Shown piece after piece: positions 54,794-63,966 of a stretch of DNA of 64,000 nucleotides; position 1 is the first letter of the stretch, and each line of letters begins with the position of its first letter. The translations under genes and the position numbers were made by a program. Below the pieces are notes generated by a model. The model ran no database searches, was not told the DNA's origin, and saw only the letters and a program-made list of their open reading frames with translations. This DNA is from a virus (Duplodnaviria; Heunggongvirae; Uroviricota; Caudoviricetes), in IMG/VR virus record IMGVR_UViG_3300042568_000774; one strand, 5' to 3'.

Positions 54794-55039
54794 TTATTTT
54801 TCATCTTTTTTATTTTCTTCGTCTTTATAAGTAAAGACACCTTTCATATTCTTCAAGAACATTGTAATATTCTCCCCAAAATAAAATATTGGACCAACAG
54901 TTATTAACGCCAACAATAAAAATCCAACATAGAACCATAACGTGTCAGATAAATTCATTAAATAGAATGAAAAATCAACCAACTCAATCCAAATAGAGAT
55001 TCCTATAATAACACCAATAAATTTTAATAAGTTTTTCAT
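54794..55039 (-). CDS. small membrane protein (81 aa)
   Basis: Two TM helices. Confidence 0.4.
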   Translation of the reverse strand: MKNLLKFIGVIIGISIWIELVDFSFYLMNLSDTLWFYVGFLLLALITVGPIFYFGENITMFLKNMKGVFTYKDEENKKDEK

Positions 55040-55040
55040 A

Positions 55041-55262
55041 TTATTTTTGAATTAACATATTCGTATTTGCCATTGGTACTCTTAACACCGGAACTACTCC
55101 CCCGTTTTCCCCTGATTTTTGCATTACCTCGTAATACCCATTTTCTACTTTTACTGTTGGAACATTATCAAATGTTTCTAAAAGCATTCCTGATTCTCTT
55201 GAACCTGACAACAATTGGACTTTCTTTGTTGTACTATTAAACGTTAATGTTTGTATATTCAT
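55041..55262 (-). CDS. small hypothetical protein (73 aa)
   Basis: ORF. Confidence 0.35.
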   Translation of the reverse strand: MNIQTLTFNSTTKKVQLLSGSRESGMLLETFDNVPTVKVENGYYEVMQKSGENGGVVPVLRVPMANTNMLIQK

Positions 55263-55314
55263 AATTTTAATTTATTTAATAATTTTATACTTGGTTTATT
55301 TAAAAAGTTTCAAA

Positions 55315-55899
55315 TTAAAACCATTCATGTACTACTACACCTAAGTTTATAATATCATCAACTATTTTTTTTCGAGATTCAGTTGATTCAGCCGGCATAG
55401 CTCGTTCATGAAATTCAACGTAAATTTCCTTTATATTTGTAATTGTTTTTTCATCTATCATTTTTCGTAAGATAGCGAATTCAGAACCTTCTATATCCAT
55501 CTTACATATTATGTTTGAATCTTTTGGCAATTCAGAAACAAACTTACTAAAATCGATACTTTTAACTTTAACCTGAGTTTCATAACCTGGCCAGTAGAAT
55601 CCGATTCCATTAATTGAAGATGCCCATCCATCTATATCAGATTGTCCATCTGTTGGGGAACCTGTTCGACTATTTTTATGATTTTCTTGGTTAAACAATA
55701 CAAATCCATCCTCAATCCATACTGCAACATTATGAGGAGTAATATTTAAGGGTATTTTCTTTATACGTTCTTCTATTTTACATTCAGGATTTGCCTCAAA
55801 CGTATGAATCTCAAATGTATCATCAATAACTCCTTTAGCTTGGAATTCGAGTAACCCTTCACAGAGATGGGTTCCACAATCTAAAAAAATGTTTTTCAT
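55315..55899 (-). CDS. FkbM-family methyltransferase
   Basis: FLDCGTHLCEG (SAM-binding-like) and ICKMDIEGSEFAILRKM (FkbM IDxEGxE signature). Confidence 0.6.
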   Translation of the reverse strand: MKNIFLDCGTHLCEGLLEFQAKGVIDDTFEIHTFEANPECKIEERIKKIPLNITPHNVAVWIEDGFVLFNQENHKNSRTGSPTDGQSDIDGWASSINGIGFYWPGYETQVKVKSIDFSKFVSELPKDSNIICKMDIEGSEFAILRKMIDEKTITNIKEIYVEFHERAMPAESTESRKKIVDDIINLGVVVHEWF

Positions 55900-56771
55900 A
55901 ATTTTAATTTTTTTAATAATTTATTTAATTTAGTAACCCTTTGAGTTACAGTTACTTTTGGTAATTCAATCTCAGCACAGGGATTACTTCTCTCGGGGTA
56001 ATCAGATATCCGTAACGACATTTGATTTTGATACAATTCTCTCTGTCTTTCTATTATTTGTTGTTGTAACGATTGTTGATAAAATACTTCTGCACCCATT
56101 ACAACATCATATTGTCCCGGTCGTATTCCACGTTGTTGGTTCAAATATCTTTCTTGTTCTCTTCTACTTTCCATCTCGCGAGGTGTAATATCTCCTCTTA
56201 ATTCAAGTAATTCTCTTTGTTCACCACCTCTATCCGTATATGTATAAACTGATAAATCAACTTTGGGAGTTACCCTTTCATATCGTCTATCTCTTGTCTT
56301 AACCAACCATTCTTTTAATTCTTCAATCCTTGGGTGATTTTTTCTGTAACTACTAGTAGTCATTGTTTGATATTCATACAATAAATCAAAATAACTTCTA
56401 ACAATAGTTCTATATGGAGTAACAATAATAATATCAAAATTAAATCGAGTTGTCAAATCATACCAATTTAATACTTCATCGGTCGATTCTATAATCGCCC
56501 CAATAAGTATCTCTAATCTTTGGTAATCATCTTTCAACCTATAAACCAAAAAATAATTACCGACACCCCAATACTTCGTAAAATAAACATCAGATAACAT
56601 CGTATTGTTTTGTCTAACATTTTCTCTTACGGTGATATCCAAAATTCTATTGATTGTTCTCGTTCTTCTGTCTTGGTCTTCCTTAAAATCACGATTCCAA
56701 TCAGGATTACGTGAGTAACCCCGGTCAAATCTTTCTCCTATGTCGTAACTTCTTTGTGCCATACAGGGCAA
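55896..56771 (-). CDS. R/E/Q/Y-rich hypothetical protein (291 aa)
   Basis: Composition differs from its neighbours. ATGA overlap with the downstream gene. Confidence 0.5.
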   Translation of the reverse strand: MPCMAQRSYDIGERFDRGYSRNPDWNRDFKEDQDRRTRTINRILDITVRENVRQNNTMLSDVYFTKYWGVGNYFLVYRLKDDYQRLEILIGAIIESTDEVLNWYDLTTRFNFDIIIVTPYRTIVRSYFDLLYEYQTMTTSSYRKNHPRIEELKEWLVKTRDRRYERVTPKVDLSVYTYTDRGGEQRELLELRGDITPREMESRREQERYLNQQRGIRPGQYDVVMGAEVFYQQSLQQQIIERQRELYQNQMSLRISDYPERSNPCAEIELPKVTVTQRVTKLNKLLKKLKL

Positions 56772-56819
56772 AGATAAAACAAATAAATTTAATAAACTAT
56801 TTATTAGTAAAATATTTTT

Positions 56820-57299
56820 ATGGAACCAAGTATATTTGAAAAAATGAGTGATAGAGTTATATTCTCAATATCTAAAGAAATTGTTAATGAAGTTGACGTA
56901 GATACTGTTGAAAATTCAGCTGATTGGATGTTTTATCAAGCCGTTGAATCAGTTTGTAAAATGTATTCAATTGACCCATCTATTCAAGACACTGATTTTC
57001 TTTTTAATATTATAAAATTAAATGAATCCATGTTTGATGAAGGTTCTCTAACGTCAAAATTAGATAGACCTACATTAAAAAATTATGAATATGATTGGGT
57101 TGTTACAATGAAGACAATTGTTAACGAATATTATAGAAACACAATTTCATTATACACCGATAAAGATGATGTTAATAGTGTTTTATATTCATTAAAAAGT
57201 GAAGGTACTTTAGATGTTTTTGATGGTGATTTATTTGAAGAAGACACTAGAGATAGTGAAATGTTAGACGATGAACTTGATAATGTAAGTCAAATTTAA
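56820..57299 (+). CDS. acidic hypothetical protein (159 aa)
   Basis: D/E-rich. Confidence 0.45.
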   Translation: MEPSIFEKMSDRVIFSISKEIVNEVDVDTVENSADWMFYQAVESVCKMYSIDPSIQDTDFLFNIIKLNESMFDEGSLTSKLDRPTLKNYEYDWVVTMKTIVNEYYRNTISLYTDKDDVNSVLYSLKSEGTLDVFDGDLFEEDTRDSEMLDDELDNVSQI

Positions 57300-57301
57300 A
57301 A

Positions 57302-58387
57302 CTATCCCTTATAATGTCTTTGGTATGATTTGAATCTTTGTCTACTTGATTCATCCTTATCAACCTCAAAAAAATATTTTTCAACATTAGGGTCATTAAT
57401 CAATTTAAGGTAATCACCATAAACTTGACTTCTATCAATAGATAATCGTTTCTTTACCAAACTTCTTTTAATACCTAATCCCTCAACATTTTTCTTATAC
57501 AACCAATAAGGTATTTTGATATAAACAAACCCTTCTTTACCTTCAACCGGTCCTAATATTTCTATTTGAGATTTTGGTAACTTTGAGAAATAAATGTAAA
57601 TATTATATGATTCAGCACCATCCATGAATAAACCTGAATTATCCAAAAACTCTTTGATATTCAAAACCTCAATCATATTAGGTAAATCTTTAGTAATCAT
57701 ATAAGCACCTATCATCGCCTTTTCTTCAGGAAGATAAACCAACTTATTAAAGTCAGGTGTAGTATCAACCGGTTCTTCTTGTTCATTTAATCTTGATTGT
57801 AATGGCGGATTTAACAAGAACTTTTCGTTAACCCATCTTCTTAATTCATTTTCAACAAAATATTCGGGAACTTCTTCATCATCCGGTTTTTCACTGGCAA
57901 TGTTTGCAATATGTTTCGCAAACTTAACTTTATATCTATCATCTAACATATTCATTAGTCCGTCAGAGATAAAAAAGATTTTAGATAAAGGGTCAGACAA
58001 ATTAATATCACCTTCAGCAATCTTAAACGATTTAAGAATTGCCTTACCCCAAAAGGTTTTATAGTTTTCTGTTTCAGTTAAACTTGGAGCTAATATTTTA
58101 TTTACCGCTCTTACAACTCCGGCAATCGCACCCGCAACAAATAGTTGAGGAATAAACCAAGGTAGTAATCTAATGGTAGCCTTTACACCACCTTCACCAA
58201 CGTGTTTAAATATTCTTCTTTTAGTTGCACTTTCAACTATGGCTTTTAATTGACCAAAAGTAATCTTACCTTGTGCCTTACAAAATTTCTCACTATCACA
58301 AATACTTTTGACAGTTGTTTTTGATGGCTCTACCTCCACGTCCTCTAATATTTTAGAATATTGAATTTCTTTAACTATAATTCTCAT
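57302..58387 (-). CDS. N-motif family protein, long (MRIIVKEIQYSKILEDVEVE..., 361 aa)
   Basis: N-motif variant. An ATATATTTATAAAT box lies upstream. Central hydrophobic segment LLPWFIPQLFVAGAIAGVV. Confidence 0.5.
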   Translation of the reverse strand: MRIIVKEIQYSKILEDVEVEPSKTTVKSICDSEKFCKAQGKITFGQLKAIVESATKRRIFKHVGEGGVKATIRLLPWFIPQLFVAGAIAGVVRAVNKILAPSLTETENYKTFWGKAILKSFKIAEGDINLSDPLSKIFFISDGLMNMLDDRYKVKFAKHIANIASEKPDDEEVPEYFVENELRRWVNEKFLLNPPLQSRLNEQEEPVDTTPDFNKLVYLPEEKAMIGAYMITKDLPNMIEVLNIKEFLDNSGLFMDGAESYNIYIYFSKLPKSQIEILGPVEGKEGFVYIKIPYWLYKKNVEGLGIKRSLVKKRLSIDRSQVYGDYLKLINDPNVEKYFFEVDKDESSRQRFKSYQRHYKG

Positions 58388-58418
58388 ATTTATAAATATA
58401 TTTGCAATCTAAAATATT

Positions 58419-59237
58419 ATGGAAAAACACAAATTACTTTCGTTAGTTAGAAAAACCGGAAAATCATTTATCAATAAAAACCCTACAGGAGTATATCGAG
58501 ACATTCTTAACGATAACAATTTTGAATCGTTATCTTTTATACTAAAAGCAAAAGATTTAGTTATGTTTTCATTATTAGTTCCTCGTTTTAATATGGGTTC
58601 AGATATTGATGAGGACTATGATAGAATTGAAAATAATATGTTCACTATTGAATTAGTTGAAATATACAATTCAGAACCTGAAGTTGAATGTCCTGAATGT
58701 GGTGGTCATGGTAATGAAAATTGTGATAATTGTGATGGTACAGGTGAAGTAGAATGTGGTATTTGTGATGGCTCCGGTGAAGAGGATTGTAGATATTGTG
58801 GTGGTTCAGGTATGGATGAAGATGCTGGTGAAGAATGTGATATGTGTGAAGGTGATGGGAAACAAACTTGTGAACATTGTAATGGTCACACTTCCGAATC
58901 TTGTAATTATTGTGGTGGCGATGGTGAGACGGGTTGTTATACTTGTGATTCAACAGGTAAAGTTGAATCATCCGATTCTTCTGAAGTTATATATACTGAT
59001 TTTGTTTCTTGGAGTGGTCGTTGGAAAATGTATTTTGCCAATATAAAACACCACGAACAAATTGATACTGAAGATTCAAATAATTTTTATAACAACAACC
59101 AAACATTAATCATGAGAGAATATTATGAAATATCTGAAGAGTATGAAGGTTATGAAAATGGTGATACATTTTTATTTCATATGAATGAAAACCCTGAATT
59201 AATTAATAGAGATAGTAACGGAGTTGTTAGAATCTAA
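58419..59237 (+). CDS. zinc-finger protein with 8 tandem CxxCxGxG motifs (DnaJ cysteine-rich-domain-like)
   Basis: CPECGGHG, CDNCDGTG, CGICDGSG, CRYCGGSG, CDMCEGDG, CEHCNGH, CNYCGGDG, CYTCDSTG. Acidic flanks. Confidence 0.6.
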   Translation: MEKHKLLSLVRKTGKSFINKNPTGVYRDILNDNNFESLSFILKAKDLVMFSLLVPRFNMGSDIDEDYDRIENNMFTIELVEIYNSEPEVECPECGGHGNENCDNCDGTGEVECGICDGSGEEDCRYCGGSGMDEDAGEECDMCEGDGKQTCEHCNGHTSESCNYCGGDGETGCYTCDSTGKVESSDSSEVIYTDFVSWSGRWKMYFANIKHHEQIDTEDSNNFYNNNQTLIMREYYEISEEYEGYENGDTFLFHMNENPELINRDSNGVVRI

Positions 59238-59238
59238 A

Positions 59239-59727
59239 CTATAAATTAATACGATATTCTTCCAAATGTTTTTGAATTACATTGTGAACCTGCGGTAAAT
59301 AAAATCTTCTTATCCATCTATCATATAAAGCAAGATTATCAAAACCCTCACCCCATTTTATATTAGTAAATTGATTATCAGTAAATTCATTACCTAATCC
59401 ATCCATATATGAAGTGGTATCAACAGGTATTCCTAACTCAACATCCCAAAAAGGAGTTGCATATGTATATGTAGTTTCTTTATCCCAAACACAAATCCAC
59501 TCAACCACACCACTCATTCTATCAAAAGTTATTTCACAATTTTTGTATTTTTTTGGAAATATTTTCTCTCTAATTAAATCAGGAATAATATCGTTTGCCA
59601 TTTTTGTATCAATATAACAATCACTTCGTTTAATTAAATCAAGGTTAGATAATCCGGTCAAATTAGCCGCGGAAGATAAACCACCTTTAGTTATTAAATC
59701 GTTTAATATTTTTTTTCTGTCCTTCAT
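59239..59727 (-). CDS. hypothetical protein (162 aa)
   Basis: ORF. Confidence 0.45.
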   Translation of the reverse strand: MKDRKKILNDLITKGGLSSAANLTGLSNLDLIKRSDCYIDTKMANDIIPDLIREKIFPKKYKNCEITFDRMSGVVEWICVWDKETTYTYATPFWDVELGIPVDTTSYMDGLGNEFTDNQFTNIKWGEGFDNLALYDRWIRRFYLPQVHNVIQKHLEEYRINL

Positions 59728-59767
59728 ATTCTTGTTATATATTTGATAAATATGTATATTTATTATT

Positions 59768-60439
59768 ATGGTATCAGAAAAACTAATAAAATTATATTAC
59801 AACAAACTTAAAAAACCAACCATTATACACGGATTGGTATTACACCCATTTATAATTGACGATAGAATAATTTGGGAAGTTGAAAATCCAAATGACGTGT
59901 CCTATTCGTCAACAGTGGTTGAAGGTCATCTTGAGGAAATGTTATACGAATTTCTTGAACTAGCGGGTGTTGTAAATCGTGAAAAAGTTTCAGGTGGTCT
60001 TGATTGGTCTGTAATAGGCCCAAAATATTGTAGATTAAGTAAACAAGATGTATACATTAGTAAAGAAACCCGTGATAAAATAAACAAATCGTTAGAGAAT
60101 TTTAATGAAATACAATTAAACGATTCAGGTTCAATATTAAACGCTGAATGTTTTGTAAAAAATTGGTCAATAGAATACCCTGATACCGAATCCTTATATT
60201 TTCATTTAGATTTAGAGTTATTTAATCCAAATATAGATAATGAAGATGTTGATGATGATACATTACAAGAATTTATTCAAAGTTTTATATATGACACTGA
60301 TTCCTCTGAACAAGAACAAGACATTATTTCAGAACAAATGAGCATTCTATATAATGAAAAAAATCTCATTGATACCGAGTATATGTTTATAATGCCAATA
60401 ATTGGTTACTATGATTCATTTGGGAATGGATTAACTTAA
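59768..60439 (+). CDS. acidic hypothetical protein (223 aa)
   Basis: GTATATTTATTATT box upstream. D/E-rich C-terminal half. Confidence 0.5.
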   Translation: MVSEKLIKLYYNKLKKPTIIHGLVLHPFIIDDRIIWEVENPNDVSYSSTVVEGHLEEMLYEFLELAGVVNREKVSGGLDWSVIGPKYCRLSKQDVYISKETRDKINKSLENFNEIQLNDSGSILNAECFVKNWSIEYPDTESLYFHLDLELFNPNIDNEDVDDDTLQEFIQSFIYDTDSSEQEQDIISEQMSILYNEKNLIDTEYMFIMPIIGYYDSFGNGLT

Positions 60440-60801
60440 ACAAAAGTTAAATCAGAACAGACCATAGGTAAAAATTGGTCAATATTATCTAATATTTTAT
60501 CTTCAACATCATCTTTAACCCAACTTGGTAAATCCCATATGTTAAATTTACCTTCCCAATCACCTTCAAACCCAATCATAACATCTGCTTTAAGATAAAC
60601 AGATGCTCCATACTTACATTGATTGTATTTTTTACTTTCCCATAAACTTACACGGATTACTTTGAACGTCACTTTCCAATCAGCATAATCATCTTCAGCT
60701 GTTGAATAAGGCATACTGTATTGACCTTGCATTTTGTTGTCTTTATCAACAATTTTACGGATTAACTCACCTAACTTATTTATTTTATCTTCAGTATCCA
60801 T
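60436..60801 (-). CDS. hypothetical protein (121 aa)
   Basis: ORF. Confidence 0.45.
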   Translation of the reverse strand: MDTEDKINKLGELIRKIVDKDNKMQGQYSMPYSTAEDDYADWKVTFKVIRVSLWESKKYNQCKYGASVYLKADVMIGFEGDWEGKFNIWDLPSWVKDDVEDKILDNIDQFLPMVCSDLTFV

Positions 60802-61841
60802 TATATATAATCAGGGAAAAACTCATTGATATATTTATCCACTAAACGACTATCAGGATAATCCGGTATTCTAAAATCAAGATAAGATTCATCACCATTT
60901 TCCATAAAAGTATTCATCATATTTAACCAAGTACTAACATTATTAAGATTATATACATAATACCCCCAATTATTTTTTTCAGCAACATATTTGTGAATAG
61001 AATTAACAACCTCACCCGGATTAAATTTAATTTTGTAAAATTCTATTAATTTTTGAGAACCTTCAAATGGAGGTGAAGCTTCCCATTTAGCACTTTTCAT
61101 ATCAAAGAATGTTTCTAACTCACTAGTAACATAATTGTATACTTCCGTCTCATACGCACTATTATAAGCATTTGAGTGAATACCATATAAGTCACCCGAT
61201 AAATCGCCTAAATAATCATTATCAATTAAATACATAAACGATTCCTCATCACCAATCACATCACCAACATTTTCAGGTGTTAGATAAAAAATACCTTCAT
61301 CATCAGCGTAATTATGAAATAAATCAGGTGTCTCATCATCAACCTCAATTTTCCAATTGGTTAATACGTCCAACATATATTTTTTTAATAGTTCTATGTT
61401 TGCAGGATTTAGTTCTTCAACAACATCTCTATAGATATCATCGGTTGTGTTACCCCATCTATCAAATATATCATCATCTTCACCTAACACCGCTTTGGCA
61501 ACATCTCTAGCTGTAGTATCACGACCACCATCATAAAATAAATCCGCTAAATCCTCTCTATCTTGGACTCTCATGTAATAACCATCACCTGTAGGTATTA
61601 CATCAGATAGTTGAGCAACACAATACTCTAATGTTTTTTTATCATTTACAACATTCAATAAGTAATTTAATATCTCTATCTGATAATCTTCCACGTCAGT
61701 ATCAAATGGGTCAATAAATTGTAATAAATCTTTTTTATGAAAAAATTTTAGTATGTTTTCCACACTTTCAAACATGTCAATAAGGTAATCCATATCACCA
61801 GTGTTAAAGTCGTTTACGTATTTTAAATATTTTTCGTTCAT
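60801..61841 (-). CDS. strongly acidic hypothetical protein (346 aa)
   Basis: D/E/Y-rich. ATGA overlaps on both sides. Confidence 0.5.
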   Translation of the reverse strand: MNEKYLKYVNDFNTGDMDYLIDMFESVENILKFFHKKDLLQFIDPFDTDVEDYQIEILNYLLNVVNDKKTLEYCVAQLSDVIPTGDGYYMRVQDREDLADLFYDGGRDTTARDVAKAVLGEDDDIFDRWGNTTDDIYRDVVEELNPANIELLKKYMLDVLTNWKIEVDDETPDLFHNYADDEGIFYLTPENVGDVIGDEESFMYLIDNDYLGDLSGDLYGIHSNAYNSAYETEVYNYVTSELETFFDMKSAKWEASPPFEGSQKLIEFYKIKFNPGEVVNSIHKYVAEKNNWGYYVYNLNNVSTWLNMMNTFMENGDESYLDFRIPDYPDSRLVDKYINEFFPDYI

Positions 61842-62374
61842 TATATATTAAGATTAAAAATTCTACTGCTATATTTAGGTCTATCAAATATGATTTGTAT
61901 TCCTGTCTGTGATGTTATGTTATCCTTGAAATAATCATTAATACCCCAATTAACCTCATCATCAACTTCCCATCCGTAGTCATCATTATCCAAAGCGTCT
62001 TCTAATGTTTTATGGTCACCGTCTATATCAAGATGACCACCTAAATCATCAACCTTTACTTTAACAACAACATTTGGTTCATCCTCATTTAATCCCCAAT
62101 TTTTAATATCTGTAACCTCAAAGAAAAAATCATATGTACCAAAGTTATCTACATGGTGTGGATTCTGAAGTAATAAACTTTTGGCGAGTTCTTTGGATTC
62201 TTTTTCACCTCTCCATTCAATAAGGTACTTGTAGGCTTGGTTATAGGTAAAGTAATTATTAACATCATCTAATCCAAACATAGAAATAAAATTATCATCA
62301 ACTTTACCACCCATTTTGTCCCAGTATTTGAATAATATGTTTTTGTATTTAGATTCTGTTAATATAAGTTTCAT
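61841..62374 (-). CDS. N-motif family protein (MKLILTESKYKNILFKYWDKMG..., 177 aa), acidic
   Basis: Conserved N-motif. Confidence 0.55.
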   Translation of the reverse strand: MKLILTESKYKNILFKYWDKMGGKVDDNFISMFGLDDVNNYFTYNQAYKYLIEWRGEKESKELAKSLLLQNPHHVDNFGTYDFFFEVTDIKNWGLNEDEPNVVVKVKVDDLGGHLDIDGDHKTLEDALDNDDYGWEVDDEVNWGINDYFKDNITSQTGIQIIFDRPKYSSRIFNLNI

Positions 62375-62424
62375 TTATTATTTCGTTTGTTAAATTATAA
62401 TTATAAATAGTTAAAACTACAGAA

Positions 62425-62775
62425 ATGGCACACCCAATTATTCACGCAAAATCATCCGCCAAAAAGTTTGGTGGAATATGGGAAGATTATATCCACTTAC
62501 ATAACTGGTTGGATTCCACCAAAGGATGGTATGGTCATTCATTACATAGGATGTTCAGACACCATTCTGAAGGGATATTTGAGATGGAACAGAAGTTTGG
62601 TCCAATGTTCACAAATAGTGACGGAAAAGTCGTTTATACACGTTATGTGGGTGAACAACACGTAAAAGAGGATTGTTTTAATTACGTACCATCAGCAAAA
62701 GAATGGATATTAGCAATGGATGCAAAAGAAAAACCTGTTTGGATGACCCGAACTATGGAAATTAACGTAGATTAA
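62425..62775 (+). CDS. His/Trp-rich hypothetical protein (116 aa)
   Basis: ORF. Confidence 0.45.
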   Translation: MAHPIIHAKSSAKKFGGIWEDYIHLHNWLDSTKGWYGHSLHRMFRHHSEGIFEMEQKFGPMFTNSDGKVVYTRYVGEQHVKEDCFNYVPSAKEWILAMDAKEKPVWMTRTMEINVD

Positions 62776-62799
62776 TATATTTATAATAAAAAAAGATTT

Positions 62800-63501
62800 A
62801 TGAATATTCCCCAATTAACACCGGAAGAATTAAAAACCTTACAACTATTCGCATACTATTGTCGCTCATACGGAGCCGATAATGTTTATAGAACATATTA
62901 TTTATCAGCTTGTAGCAAAGATTGGGAAGATGATAGATGGTATTCCCGTGATGTAAATGGAGGTGTAGAAGGTTATGATAGAATAGATGAACTTATTGAA
63001 AAATTAGTTGATGACCAATCAATTATTGATAGATTTACAGAATGTGATGGTTCACAAAGAATTGAAGTTGAGATTGATTGTAAAGAAAAAAGTTTAATCA
63101 TCTACGCTTATCAAACTGTGTATGGAACTGAACCACACGGTAGTGATTACACTTTACCAGATATTAAATCTGAATACGGTGAAGAATATGCAAAAGCTGT
63201 TGAAGAATTATTCACTTATTTAGATGGAAGAGACGCTAGAGTTGAGTTTAGTGGAGGTGGTGACGATGGTTATATTGAAGATGATATGACAGTTGATGGT
63301 GAACAAGAGGATGTACCAAAACCTATTGAAGAATTATTATATTCAATGTTAAATAGTAATTATGCTGGATGGGAAAATAACGAAGGTGGTCAAGGTAGTT
63401 GGGAATTTAACTCAGGTGATAAAACAATATTCTTTGATTTTAACTACAACACCGAAGAAGAAGAAAGTGTTGACTTAGAAGATTACGAAATAAAATTCTA
63501 A
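62800..63501 (+). CDS. acidic hypothetical protein (233 aa)
   Basis: TATATTTATAAT box upstream. Terminator at 63502-63537. Confidence 0.5.
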   Translation: MNIPQLTPEELKTLQLFAYYCRSYGADNVYRTYYLSACSKDWEDDRWYSRDVNGGVEGYDRIDELIEKLVDDQSIIDRFTECDGSQRIEVEIDCKEKSLIIYAYQTVYGTEPHGSDYTLPDIKSEYGEEYAKAVEELFTYLDGRDARVEFSGGGDDGYIEDDMTVDGEQEDVPKPIEELLYSMLNSNYAGWENNEGGQGSWEFNSGDKTIFFDFNYNTEEEESVDLEDYEIKF

Positions 63502-63537
63502 AAATACAAAACCCTCACCGAAGTGAGGGTTTTTTTA
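63502..63537. terminator. bidirectional terminator AAAACCCTCACCGAAGTGAGGGTTTTTTTAT
   Basis: CCCTCAC/GTGAGGG stem with T7. Confidence 0.75.
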
Positions 63538-63729
63538 TAGTCAGGTTGGAAGTTCAATAATAAAATTCTAAAAGAGTTTTAAGTTTTGACCGTTTAGGTT
63601 TGAAAATTTGAATCTTGAGGTTTTAATGTCCGTCTTTATCACAATCATTTATCAATGCTCTCTGAATAATTTGTAAGGAAATGGTAGTTACCATCTTGTC
63701 TTATTAAATCCCTCCCGAACTCTGAACTA

Positions 63730-63966
63730 TTATATCTCGGTATTCTGATTATGGTTATCCAAAATATCCTGAATGTCCTCAATCTGTTCCTCCATAAATT
63801 TAACCATTTCATCTCTATCAACCACTGATACCTCAGCAGTTTTTACCGGTGGATTCTCTCTATTTCGTGAGTAGTAATCAGTACTCACACCTTCTGTACA
63901 ATCCAAAGATTTTAATCTTGCAATTGTAGATTTTAATTCAGACAATCTGAATATTTTATCATACAC
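63730..63966 (-). CDS. small hypothetical protein (78 aa)
   Basis: ORF near the window edge. Confidence 0.35.
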   Translation of the reverse strand: MYDKIFRLSELKSTIARLKSLDCTEGVSTDYYSRNRENPPVKTAEVSVVDRDEMVKFMEEQIEDIQDILDNHNQNTEI

